From positions 4,584,807-4,648,806 of the forward strand of contig NC_057757.1 of NCBI RefSeq assembly GCF_004010195.1: 64,000 bases of DNA, given 5' to 3'. A model generated the notes under the pieces. The model ran no database searches and was not told where the DNA came from. It was given only the letters and a program-made list of their open reading frames with translations. Numbering within the stretch: position 1 is the stretch's first letter; each line of letters opens with the position of its first letter. Below are positions 23,751 to 35,967 of this stretch, piece by piece. This stretch comes from Chiloscyllium plagiosum (Eukaryota). Both the position numbers and the translations under genes were made by a program.

Positions 23751-25197
23751 TTATAGAATCATTAACATTGCCATGTGACTGTGATCTTCTGTTGCCTTGT
23801 ATGGGTGGTTCTGGGATAGCACGCTTTTCTGGGCAGAGCGATTTGACTTTAACATGGCTGAAGAATTAGGGAACTGTACTTTGGGGAGCGCTCCCCAATG
23901 TTGGCAAGAACATGATTCCGGCAGGCATCTGTTCACCCACTCCGTTCTGGGCACTGGAATCTCCATGCCGTACTGCACCAATGCCAGCTCTCGACACAGG
24001 AGCTTTCTGTGGGAGGTACTGTACAGAGAGCAGCTTTCTTACATTTATTAACAAAAGTAAATTTAATAAAAATGCACAAACTCCACACAGACAGTCACCT
24101 GTGGCTGGAATTGAACCCAGGTCCCTGGTGCTGTGAGGCAGCAGTGCTAAAAAATAGTTTACCTTTATTGACCCTGTCTGTACCTGTTCCTATCTTGAAG
24201 ACTTTGAGTTAGGACGCTCCTTCCCGACTCTGGCCTCTGTTGTGTAATCTCTCCATGATTCAACCTCACGGGGATACTTTTGTGTTAGGCCATAAAACAC
24301 CAGCATGGAGCAGAGGGCCAAACAGCCAGTTCCCCTGGTGGTATGAGGTTCTTTGCACTTTCCCAGATGAAAGGAAGGGCTCATTTGCATTGCAAACCCA
24401 TCTGATGCACACCCCAGTGTGGAGTACCCAATGTGGCTGTTTATAGGGGAGTGGCTGTGCTGGGTTCCACTCTGGGCTGGATGCTCTCACTAAACCTCCA
24501 CCCAAGGTGGCATAGTGGCTGTGTTTAGCACTGCTGCCTCAAAGCGCCAGGAAACCGGGTTCGATTCTGTCTTCCGATGACTCTGTCTCTGTGTCAAATT
24601 TGTGTGCCCCCCCCCCCCCACCCCAAAGCTATCTGCAATTTCACCACTTCTCCTTTTTTGGCCGTTTCCAGAGCCCCAGCAAATCTCTGCATGTATCCGA
24701 CCAAATACTAGCATGTGCCTAATCACCGCTTCCCCAAACCTTCTCCCCCCCCCACCCCCAATGAAGTGTCTTTTGATGCTGTAATATTCTTGATTAGTAA
24801 CATGTTGTGAAAGCACATTCTGAAACCTCCCGCGTTGGTCATTGTAGAAAGTGGAACTGCACTGGAATATGTCGCAATCTGAGATGTCACAATAAATTTA
24901 CAATGCATGTGGAATTGGGAAGAGACGATGCCAAAGTAGCTGGTGTCACTGCTGTCGTTTTCAGGGCTGTTCATCTTGAATCCCAACCTGTTAATTGTGC
25001 AGCTCTCCATCTTCTTTTTCTCCTCCTATCCCCCCACTCTCTAGCTCTCCTTCTCTCTGTTGCTCTCTCCTCCTGCTCCCCCACCCCACACGCACACCTT
25101 TCTCCTCTGCCTCTTGACTGACTCTCTTTCAGAAGATTCTGTTCATATCACGTCTGGCTCACAGTGTTTGACAGCAACTCAGCTCCTTTTGTTTTGG

Positions 25198-25545
25198 GGA
25201 GGCAGAGTGTCTCAGTGGTTAGCACTGCTGCGTCGCAGTGTCAGGGACTGGGGTTCAATTCCAGCCTCGGGCAGCTGTGTGGAGATAGCAAGTTCTCCCC
25301 ATGTCTGTGTGGATTTCCTGTGGGTGCTCCGGTTACCTCCCACAGTCCAAAGATATGCAGGTTAGGGTGGATTGGCCATGCTGAATTGTCCCAGCGTGCC
25401 CAGGGATGAGCGGGTTAGGGTGGGTTAGCTATGGGAAATGCAGGGTTATAAGGATTGGTTGGGTCTGTGTGGGATGCTCTTCGGAGGGTCGGTGTGGACA
25501 GAATAGACCAAATGGCCTGTTACACACTGTAGAGATTCTGTGATT
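25198..25545 (+). mobile_element. HE1-type SINE
   Basis: CAGTGGTTAGCACTGCTGC head with B-box GGTTCAATTCC; core and tail. Confidence 0.88.
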
Positions 25546-26359
25546 CATTCTTACCCTCTTCCTTCTCTTTCTCAGCTGTCGGCACCCCCCTCCCCTACCT
25601 CTCTTTCCCCTTCCCTCTTCCTACGTAAACCACCCCAGGCTGATTAAGTACAGAATAGGTTTCTGTCCAAATTAACCAGGACAACTTCTATTGCAAGTAA
25701 GTAAACTCCAACCATGGATGAAGAATTGTTAGCCTTTACCTTGACGAGTTAATACTTGGACCCGCTTATAGTTACGTGAAGCCTCCTGTTTCAAAAGTAG
25801 GGACACTCATTTTGTTATCAGGTCCCTTTGAGGGTATGATCACTGCACTGCGAGCTCCCTTCAATTATTTCTGATCAAAAGAGAGCCAGAGGCTTCTGGC
25901 TAATTATTGCCAGTCTGCCTAGAGGAGCAGGAGGGTGCGTGTGGGAGCTGTGCGCATGAGAGGCATAGGGTCTGACTGTACCATCACAAAGCCTGCAAGG
26001 CCCACAGTGACATCCTGCTGTGCTGCACCATTGTGTGGTTCAAGTCTCATGTTAGACCAAATAGGTTCTGAGATTCCAACCCTTTGAGTAGCCAGATATG
26101 GGCAACTGCTGGCAAATGGCACTCGATTAATTTAGGATATAGAGTCATGGAGCTGTACCGTGTGGAAACAGATCCTTCGATCCAACTCCTCCATGCCAAC
26201 CAGGTATCCCAACCTAGTCGAGTCCCACTTACCAGCACTTGGCCCACATTCCTCGAAACCCTTCCCATTCATATACCCCGAATGAGTTGGACTCAAAGGT
26301 CTGTTTCCATGTTGTACAAGTCTACAAGCTCCTCGAAGACCTGCCTTCACCTATGTTTT

Positions 26360-26651
26360 GATTAGATTGTTTAGATTACTTACAGTGTGAAAACGGGCCC
26401 TGCGGCTCAACAAGTCCACACCGACCCACCGAAGCGCACTCACCCAGACCCATTCCCCTACACCTAACACTACAGGCCCTAACCTGCACATTTTTGGACT
26501 GTGGGAGGAAACCTGAGCACCTGGAGGAAACGCACACAGACACGGGGAGAATGTGCAAACTCCGCACAGGTCAATCCCTGAGGTGGGAACTGAACCCGGG
26601 TCTCTGGCACTGTGAGGCAGCAGTGCTAACCACTGTGCCACCATGCCGCCC
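26360..26651 (-). mobile_element. HE1-type SINE, near full length
   Basis: ATCTA-type tail, core and head CCACTGTGCCACCATGCCGCCC. Confidence 0.9.
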
Positions 26652-27149
26652 ATGTGTCCAGTCCCCACTCGGAAAGTCAATTGCTGACTCTACTACCACC
26701 ACCCTTTAAGTAACTGTGCCAATGTGTTGTCCCGTGGGCACCAAACCCATAACAGCTATGTTATGTGCAGGCTAAGTTAGACCATGCTGTAATGGTTGTG
26801 TTCTCAGTGCTGAGAGGAGAGAGGGGAAGAGAGATGTTGATTTTTATTTGTGGGTGGGGGAGGTTATTAAAAGAATAATAGAATAACAAAGCTTACTTGT
26901 TGCATTGACTCTTAGTAACCTGTGACGTCTCTGGCTGCGGCTCGACACCAATGTGTGTGTGTTTTTAAAAAAAAAATTCTGTTCTCCATAAGCCAGAACA
27001 TTGAAGCAGGAGCCAAGTGTGTTCTATGAAGCCTTAGTTGATGCTGGACTGAGGCAGGGATCCCTGCACAGCACAGGAGCTGTCCAGATGGTCAACACAT
27101 GCTGGTGTTTAGCATTGAACCCATCGCGGTTTTTCTGTTCCACTTGTCC

Positions 27150-27600
27150 GAAAGATGAAGGCGGCACTTGGCACACTTGCTTTTATCGGTCAGAGCACTG
27201 AGTGTCAGAGTTGGGATGTCTTGTTGCAGCTGTGCAAGGTGTGGCTGAGGTCACATTTGGAATACTGCGTGCCTTTCTGGGTGCCCTACAATAGAAAGGA
27301 TATTATTAAACTGGAAAGGGTGCAGGAAATTTGGTACCTGGACTGGAAGATCCATGTTAAATGGAGAGGTTGGATACGCTGGGACTCTTTCTCCTGGAGC
27401 TTAGGAGACTGAGGGGTGACCTTTATAGAGGTCAATAAAATCACGAGTGACGTAGAAAAGGTTAGATAGCCAGCAGCTTCCCTCCCCCAGTTAGGGGAGT
27501 GTAAAACTACAGGGCATGGGTTTGAGGGGAGAGATACAAAAAGGTCCAGAGGGGCAATTGTTTTCGTGCAGAGGCTGGTCAGCGTCTGCCAGAGGTAATG
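27150..27600 (+). mobile_element. CR1-like LINE fragment
   Basis: KAALGTLAFIGQSTECQSWDVLLQL..SHLEYCVPFW. Confidence 0.85.
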
Positions 27601-28777
27601 GATTCATGGTCACCATTAGACCATAGTTCCAGGTATGTTTTGTCGAATTCAAATTCCACCATCTGCCATGGCAGGATTCAGACCCGGGTCCCTAGAACCT
27701 TAATCAAGTTTCTAGATTAACAGTTGAGGGATGATACCACTAGGCCATTGCCTCGTCTTGCCTGCAATTTGAACTAATTGATCTGTGACTTGATGGGGTC
27801 ATGTGTTCATTACTACTACTTTTTGAAAATTCTCCCTTTTGTCTTCATCTCCCCTCCCTCTCATCCTCTTCGTTCCTCTGGGCTCAGCTTGTCACCCTCC
27901 TGATCTCCAATGCCCTGGTGGGGTTTGAACTCTGCTGTCTAGCTTGAGAGGAGGAGCGATTCCATCGCCTGGAGACGAGGGAGTCTGTGGACTACTCTGC
28001 CACAGAAAACAGTCGAGGGCAAAAACGTTGAATGTTTTCCAGCGTCGAGTATAGCTCTCTGGGCTAAGGGTGATCAAAGGGTACGGGGAGAAAGTAGCGG
28101 CGGTGCACGGAGTTGGATGAACAGCTGTGATCATATTGGAATGGCAGGGCTAGGCTCAAAGGACTGAACGGCCTACTCCCATTCCTATTTTGTACCAGCT
28201 GTCTTGCCTTCTGCATTGCAAGACTTGCCACCTAGGCTATTGTCTTCAGGTGTGTTAGACTACGATGTGCTGTGGGCTGAATTGACCGTTGTTTCTCAGC
28301 GACCGTGATGGAACTTGTGGACTATTTCAACTGCAGAGGTTTCACAACCCGCGTCAGAGTGAGTGTTCACCCCATTTTGACAGGGATCATTGGTTAGCAA
28401 GCAGGAATCTGTCCCCGTACTTTATACAGTGGACTTTCAACACCGTCACTGACAGTCTGAGAGTTTTGAAAATAAATAGATGCATTTGGGGAAGTGGGAA
28501 ACACCGAATGTGGTGTGTATTTTCCATGAGGAGGCTGTTTTATCCGATGTTCATCTTAACATAAGAAACTGCAGGTGGATATTGGGCATTGAAGAATCCA
28601 GAGTTTTATTGCAACTAAGTATGATGTACAGACATTACGTTCGTCAGGCATGAAAGTGTCTGGGCTAACATTAAGCTGTTGGATTGCAGCAGAACAGCAT
28701 CTGACTGGCAGAGTGTCATGCTTCAAGTGATCTGAGGTATGATGGAGTCTGACATCTTTACACCCTCCTCTTATGTC

Positions 28778-29240
28778 AGGCCCAACCCGTCCAAGCCGAC
28801 CAGATATCCCAACCCAATCTAGTCCCACCTGCCAGTACCCAGCCCATATCCCTCCAAACCCTTCCTATTCATATACCCATCCAAATGCCTCTTAAATGTT
28901 GTAATTGTACCAGCCTCCTCCACTTCCTATGGCAGCTCATTCTATACACGTACCACCCTCTGTGTGAAAAAGTTGCCCTGTAGGTCTCTTTTATATCTTT
29001 CCCCTCTCACCCTAAACATATGCCCTCTAGTTCTGGACTCCCTGACCCCAGAGAACTTTGCCTATTTACACTATGCCCCTCATAATCTTGTAAACCTCTA
29101 AGGTCACCCCTTGGTGCTCCAGAGAAAACAGCTCCAGCCTGTTCAGCCTCTCCTTGTAGCTCAAATCCTCCAACCCTGGCAGCATCCTTGTGAATCTTTT
29201 CTGAACCCTTTCGAGTTTCACAACATCCTTCCGATAAGAA
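28778..29240 (-). mobile_element. HER1-like LINE 3' fragment
   Basis: Reverse complement of LINE tail and RT C-terminus. Confidence 0.88.
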
Positions 29241-29264
29241 GTGTTGTACTAATTAATGCAGATT

Positions 29265-29435
29265 GATGTGGAGCTGTCGGTGTTGCACTGGAGTGGGCAA
29301 AATTGCATGACACCAGTGTTATAATCCAACGGACTTATTTGAAATCACAAGCTTTTGGAGCGCTGCTCCTTCAGGTGGAGACTTCACCTGATGACAGAGC
29401 AGCGCTCTGAACGCTTGTAGTTTCAAATAAACCTA
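29265..29435. mobile_element. Penelope-like fold-back fragment
   Basis: Inverted arms TTATTTGAAATCACAAGC..GAGCGCTGCTC / GAGCAGCGCTC..GCTTGTAGTTTCAAATAA; CTGATGA core followed by GAAC instead of GAAA. Confidence 0.7.
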
Positions 29436-29769
29436 ACACTGTTTGACAGTGAATAACACCAGATTCTAGGCTCCATTTCCTGCTTATCCCTTCTTGAATT
29501 CACTGCAGTCCTCGTGGTGCTGGTGGTAAGAAGCCCACTCCACCTTTTTCAGGAAGCTCCTTATAAAACCAAGCTCACTCGTCAGATGCGGAGAGCACTT
29601 AGAGAACTCAGTTGCACCCCACTGGCAACTGTTTCTGCTGAGTTTCTCCACTGTTCTGTTTTCAGATTTCCAGCATCTGCAGTCCCTTGGTTACGAATGT
29701 CCCATTCTCGAGTCTGTGTGTAAGCTGACACGTCGGAACACAGTACGGTGTAAAATAGTCTTTCGTCGG

Positions 29770-30197
29770 TAAGCATTCACGTGTTTTAAATTTAACATGG
29801 ACATGCCCTTGGGTGGGATGTATGTGAGCTGGGCATTCATAAGCTGGGGACTGCCTGCATTTTACCTCTTTTGACTGATCACTGGCTCTGTGGGGGCCTT
29901 GGACGGTGCTATGCAAATGCACGTTGTAGCTGCCAACTGCAAAGGGCCACTGCGGGGAGCGCAGGGGTGAGGTAACGCACCAGGCGCGGCATTGGCCAGG
30001 AGGATGTCGCTTGTATCTGCGACTGAGATCTTGCGCGTTTTCCTGTCGCCCGGGCAGACCCGTTCACCTCCCGCTTGCTGCTCTGAGCAGAGAACAGGGT
30101 GTGTTTTGGAGAGGGGTACAGTGAGAGGGTGAGCCACCCTGTTAGCTGGATGGTTTAACACCCGACGCTGGCAGTGTAGCAGAGGACAGAGAGGAAC
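29770..30197 (+). promoter_or_regulatory. Candidate internal (alternative) promoter and 5' UTR
   Basis: Unique CpG-enriched stretch in repeat-rich surroundings; E-box CACGTG 29778, octamer ATGCAAAT 29911-29918, inverted CCAAT 29991-29995. Confidence 0.55.
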
Positions 30198-30262
30198 ATG
30201 GCAGAAACACTGGGCAGCAACCCTGCACAAACCAAAGGGGCCACACAAACGCGACACAGGAA
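30198..30262 (+). CDS. Candidate alternative first coding exon of the beta-arrestin gene: MAETLGSNPAQTKGATQTRHR-K
   Basis: aacATGG Kozak; 65 nt open (21 codons + AA); consensus GTAAGT donor; phase 2, the same as exon 1 at 10659. Confidence 0.5.
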
Positions 30263-30286
30263 GTAAGTTGTTTTTACTTTTTGTTT

Positions 30287-30290
<4 letters not shown>

Positions 30291-30335
<45 letters not shown>
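30291..30335. repeat. (TC)n microsatellite
   Basis: ~22 TC units. Confidence 0.95.
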
Positions 30336-30340
<5 letters not shown>

Positions 30341-31009
30341 TCAGTTTATACCAGCCAGCAAGCAGTCAAACTTTTCATGCCCTATAATACCAGAGGCCGA
30401 GCTAACACACTTAATTCATCTTAGGCGGATCCTTTGCAAGCTTACAGCACAGGAGGGGGGCATTCGGCCCAATGTACTGCTGCTAGCCTTCTGTAGGAGC
30501 GACCCAATTTGCCCCACTCCCATTCCCAGTCTGTCTCTGTCTCTCTCTTTCTTTCTTTTCCTGCAGCTCTACAAATTTCCTCTCCTGCAGATAATTCTCT
30601 AGTTCCCCTTTTTGCTTTTCTTCTTCCTCCCTCCACCTCCCACCCCTCTCGAAACCACAAGCGTATCTGTCTCTACTCCTTGGGCAGCTTGTTCTGGATC
30701 CCATTTCAGAGTGTGTTTTTATTCTTCCCTTTTTTTTTAAAGATTACCAACAATTTTTCCTCATCTTTGTTTTTTTTTTATTTTGGAGCATTTCCCTTGC
30801 AAATAATATCCCCCATCTCTTTTTTCCTTCCACCAACTGGGACAGTTCTCTCCTGCTTTACTCAGGTGCTGGGTAGTTATGCTGAAAGTCTCCATTGTAT
30901 CTTTTCTTGAACCCAGCTTCTCCATGTCCTTATTACCAGGGAATGTTTTTCTGCACGCTCCCTTAAGCCGCCTCACCCCTGAAGTAACGGAGGTAGTGTT
31001 GCTGTTTCT

Positions 31010-31316
31010 TCGAATCCCTTCAGTGTGGAAACAGGCCCTTCGGCGCAACAAGTCCACACTGACTCATTCCCCTACCCTATCACACTGCATTTACCCATGA
31101 CTAATGCACCTAACCTTCCCATCCCTGTACACTATGGCCAATTCACCGAATCTGCACATCTTTGGACTGTGGGAGGAAACCGAAGCACCCGGAGGAAACC
31201 CACACAGACATGGGGAGAATGTGCAAACTCCACACAGACAGTTGCCCGAGGCAGGAATCGAACCCGGGTCCCTGGCGCTGTGAGGCAGCAGTGCTAATCA
31301 CTGAGCCACTGTGCCA
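31010..31316 (-). mobile_element. HE1-type SINE
   Basis: Core and head on - strand. Confidence 0.9.
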
Positions 31317-31787
31317 TGGACAATGTTTCCATTGTCTGGCCTGACTTTTTTTTGTGAAGTTCAGGTGAGCTGGAGATAAGCATATGAGGGTCTGAAAGAG
31401 ATGCTTGCTCTTTCTCCGTGCGACCCTTTGTCACAACGGATGCTGTCTTGATCTCCACGTCCCTCCAATTTCAGCCTCCCAGGGCACCCCTGGCTTCCAT
31501 TCTTGACATCCTGTCTTCTGGAATGCCCCAAGTTCTGGAATTACCTCTGGGAGGACTTCCTTCAGCCGGAAGCTGGTAAATCTGTGAAACTCATTGCCAC
31601 AGAGGGCTGCGAAGGCCAAGATGATGAGCATCTTTGAGACGGGGAGAGGTTTTTTTTGATTATTGAGGGGATTAAAGTGGAGAATGGGGTTAGAGAAACA
31701 CATCAGCTGTGATCAAATGGCAGAGTAGATGTGATGGGCCGAATGGTCTGATATGTTATAGTCTCCTTGGAAAAAGCTTGCCTGAAT

Positions 31788-32225
31788 TAGAATCCCTACA
31801 GTGTGGAAACAGGTCCTTCGGGCCCGACCAGTCCACACTGACCCTCTGAAGGGTAACCCACATAGACCCATTTCCCTACCCTGTATTCACTCCTGACTAT
31901 TGCACATCCCTGAACACTCTGGGCAATTTAGCATGGCCTGTTCACCCTAACGTAGACATCCCTGAGCACTCTGGGTAATTTAGCATGGCCCGTTCACCCT
32001 AACCTACACATCCCTGAGCACTCTGGTTAATTTAGCATGGCCCGTTCACCCTAACCTACACATCCCTGAGCACTCTGGGTAATTTAGCATGGACTGTGGG
32101 AGGAAGCCCACACAGACACTGGGAGAACAGGCAAACTCCACACAGGCGCGCAAGGGTGGAATCGAACCCCAGTCCCTGGCACTGAGAGGCAGCAGCACTA
32201 ACCCACTGAGCCACCATCCCGCCCA
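31788..32225 (-). mobile_element. HE1-type SINE with internal tandem expansion
   Basis: About 4 copies of CATCCCTGAGCACTCTGGGTAATTTAGCATGGCCCGTTCACCCTAACCTACA inside the SINE. Confidence 0.88.
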
Positions 32226-32544
32226 TGAGCCCTAACACCATAGTGGCTCGTGTTTGATAAAACTCTATGAAGTGACTTGGAATTGTTTCTGCGACATTAA
32301 ATGTACCTCATGTATAAACCAGGAGCATGATAAGGCCATTTGGCCCGTTGAGCCTGCTCCTGCCATTCAGAATCATTGTGGCTGATCACTTTGCGACTTC
32401 AAACTCTCACACCCGCCTACTCCAATAACGTTTGCTGCCTCGTTTAACAGGATTCCATCTACCTGTGTTTTTTTTTTAAAACTACAGTAATTCAAAGAGT
32501 CAGCTTCCATTGCCATTTCAGAGTTCCAGATTTTACAAAATTCA

Positions 32545-33050
32545 TTTCGTGGGATGTGGGCATCGCTAGCTGGGCCCAGCATTTATTGCCGGTGGGAGTG
32601 AACTGCCGACTTGAACTGCTGCAGTTCACCTACTGTAGGTTGACACAACACTGTGCCCTTAGAGAGGGAATTCCAGGATTCTGATCAAGCGACACTGAAG
32701 GAACGGCAAATGTATTTCCAAGTCAGGGTGGCGAGGGGCTCGGAGGGGAGCTTGCAGGGGCTGGTGTTCCCATGTATCTGCTGCTGTGGTCCTTCTAGAT
32801 GGAAGTGGTTGTGCTTTTGGAAGGTGCTGCCTGAGGATCTTTGGTGAATTTCTGCTGCGCGTCTTGTGGACAGTCTGTGCTGTTGCTGCTGCTGAGCGTC
32901 AGTGGGAGAGGGAGTGGATGTGGTGCCAATCAAGCGGGGGCTGCTTTGTGGATGGTATCGAGCTTCTTGAATGTTATTGGAGCTACCCCCATCTGGAGCA
33001 AGTGGGGGGTATTCTCTCTCACTCCTGAATTGTGCCTTGTGGATGGCACT
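32545..33050 (-). mobile_element. CR1/L2-superclade LINE 3' fragment
   Basis: Same family as 19135-19645, reverse orientation. Confidence 0.75.
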
Positions 33051-33430
33051 TTCTCTCCCAGTGATAGAGAGAGAAACTGGCCTCTCTCTTTTTTTTTTAA
33101 ATTGGTAACCTTGACCTTAAAACAATGACCCCTGGCTCACCCTTCTCTTGTGAAGGGTAGCACTGACACCCCCCTGTATGTACCCCCTTCAGGCCACTCG
33201 TTGGTTTTGCATGCACATGTCCAAATTGCCCTTTACACAAGGCGAGACGGTGGTTGTTTTTCCAAACGGAAGAAACTGTACTCGGAAGTTTGTTAACGTG
33301 CTTAGATCTGTGTACATGTATTAGTGTGGTCCAGTGGTAGTGTCCCTATCCCTGGGCCAGAAGGTCCGAGATCAAGTCCCACCCTCTCGGGAGGTACACC
33401 GAATTTGATCTATGACTGTCACATGTACAC

Positions 33431-33520
33431 AATCACCTGATGAAGGAGCGTCGCTCCGAAAGCTAGTTGCTTCCAATTAAACCTGTTGGACTATAACCTG
33501 GTGTTGTGTGATTTTAAACA
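33431..33520 (+). mobile_element. Penelope-like fragment with intact minimal hammerhead core
   Basis: CTGATGA-A-GGAGCG T CGCTCC-GAAAGCTA at 33437-33465, then CTTCCAATTAAACCTGTTGGACTATAACCTGGTGTTGTG; ACATGTAC on both sides. Confidence 0.75.
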
Positions 33521-33529
33521 TGTACGAGA

Positions 33530-33860
33530 TGCAGTGAAATGTATTGTTTTGCGTGCTAACCAGACAGATTATGCCTTGCATAAATACTTCAGGGTAATGG
33601 AACAGAAGGCAGGATATAGTGTTACAGTTGCAAGAGAAGGTGAAAGTTCAACTCTAATATAAGAGGCTTGTTTATGAGTCTGGTCACAGCAGGGAAGAAG
33701 CTGCCCTTGAATCTGTTGGTACGTCTTTTTAAACTTCTGTACCTTCTGCCCGATGGAACAGAGTGAAGAACGTACAACCCGGGGTGGGAGGGGTCTTTGA
33801 TTATATTGGCTGCCTTCCTGAGGCAGCGGGAAATCGAGACAGAATGTATGGAGTTCTTGA
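33530..33860 (-). mobile_element. Rex1/Babar-like LINE 3' end
   Basis: SRCLRKAANIIKDPSHPG...PSGRRYRSLKRRTNRFKGSFFPAVTRLIN. Confidence 0.85.
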
Positions 33861-34221
33861 ATCTTGGCTGTTGGCTTGTCCCCCTCCTCCCACTTCCATG
33901 CAATAGATGCTCCCTTTGTTTTCATCCAAAGCTATTCCCAGGTGTCAGTCCCTGCTGTTATACCACCAAGTCCCCCTACCCTGAGCTGTGTAGGCAACTT
34001 GCTAATGCTAGTCCCGTCTTGTAGTGTGTTTGGTGCCTGTCTTAATCTGAAATAACTGATCTGGACTCGCAGGTTTTGGAGAACCTCCACTGGGCTATCA
34101 TCTTGCTTACGCTTGTAATCTTTTTATTATCTCCAACTCCCTTTAATCCCCCCCCCCTCCCAAAACCTACCTCCTATCACCTCCAATGTCTCTCCTTCGT
34201 CCAACATCTCAATGGCCAGAC

Positions 34222-34590
34222 NNNNNNNNNNNNNNNNNNNNNNNNNNNNNNNNNNNNNNNNNNNNNNNNNNNNNNNNNNNNNNNNNNNNNNNNNNNNNNN
34301 NNNNNNNNNNNNNNNNNNNNNNNNNNNNNNNNNNNNNNNNNNNNNNNNNNNNNNNNNNNNNNNNNNNNNNNNNNNNNNNNNNNNNNNNNNNNNNNNNNNN
34401 NNNNNNNNNNNNNNNNNNNNNNNNNNNNNNNNNNNNNNNNNNNNNNNNNNNNNNNNNNNNNNNNNNNNNNNNNNNNNNNNNNNNNNNNNNNNNNNNNNNN
34501 NNNNNNNNNNNNNNNNNNNNNNNNNNNNNNNNNNNNNNNNNNNNNNNNNNNNNNNNNNNNNNNNNNNNNNNNNNNNNNNNNNNNNNNNNN
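34222..34590. other. assembly gap (369 N)
   Basis: Run of N. Confidence 1.
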
Positions 34591-34889
34591 AGCTCACCCC
34601 CTTGCCCTCGCCCCAAATTATGCGGTTTATTTTTATTGATTGAACCACGGAGTCCCTGCTGTGATGATGTTTGCCGCAACAAAAAACACCCAAGGCTTCC
34701 AGGGCTTATCTCTGGCTTGGAAAATTAGACGTGGCCATCTCCTGTTGATTTGAAACAAAAGTCTTAGCTTATCTGATACTGTGCCTGCACGTGATGTCCC
34801 AGTGTTTTTGTAGAAACCTAGAAAATAGGAGCAGGAAGGGGCCGTTCGGCCCTTCACATCTGAGCCAGCGATCAATATGATTGTGGTTT

Positions 34890-35120
34890 TAGATTACTCG
34901 GAGTGGAAACAGGCTGTTCGGCCCAACAAGTCCACACCGACCCTCTGAAGAGCAACCCACCCAGACTCATTCCCCTACATTTGCCCCTTCACCTAACACT
35001 ATGGACAATTTAGCATGGCAATTCACCTAACCTGCACACTTTTGGATTGTGGGAGGAAACTGGAGCACCCGGAGGAAACCTACGCAGACACGGGGAGAAT
35101 GTGCAAACTCCACACAGATC
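34890..35120 (-). mobile_element. HE1-type SINE, 5' truncated
   Basis: Tail and core. Confidence 0.85.
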
Positions 35121-35967
35121 GTCCAACTCTGTCCCCCATTCCTGCTTTCACCCCTTTTAGCTTTAAGATCCATGTCTCATTCATTCTCAAAAACAGTCAA
35201 TATTCTGGCCTCTGCATACATGCTCACAAAAAACAGACGTTCCTGGAAAGGCTACGCAGGTCTCTTATCAGTGTTAACATTTCACATCAAGTGACTCTTC
35301 CTCAGAGCTGACAGTGGCCAGGAAAATATCTGTTTATCTACAGAAGGCCGAGTAGGGGGGCAGTGTTGGGGAGGGAGTAAACGATAGGTGGGAATAGAGG
35401 CCAAAGAAGGAGAAGAACAGTTGGACAGACAAAGGACTGGCCTCAAACACTTTCTGTGGCCGAGAATTCCCCAGGCTCCCCACTCTCTGGGTGAAGACAT
35501 TTCTCATCCTCTCTATCCTATCATGTCTCTCCTTAGACTGTGACCCCCCCCTCCTCGGTTCCTGTCGTCGGGAATATCCTTCCTGTGTTTACCCCATCTC
35601 GTCCTGTTTAGAACTTCGTAGGTGTCTATGACGTCTCCCTGCCCACCTCGTTCTTCTGGACTCCCAACGGATGTAATCCTAACCAAGGCAGTTTCTCATC
35701 CAGCATCATTCCTGTCTGGCTGCGCTCCCTCTCTGTGTTTTTATTGCTTTGGAAATGTGCTGTGACTGTGCCTCAGTCCAGAGGCACAATCTTTCCTCTC
35801 GGGGTCCACACCTCGACAACACAATGAGCTGAGTGTTTGCCCCGTCCTGTGCATCCTCATTCTTCCTGTTCCTCCGTTTCCGTACAATTCTTCGTTGGTG
35901 GGGGTATGAGCGTTTCCTAGTAGGAGATACGAGGCTGAGTCTTGCAGTTGGGAATTGGTAGGGTCGT

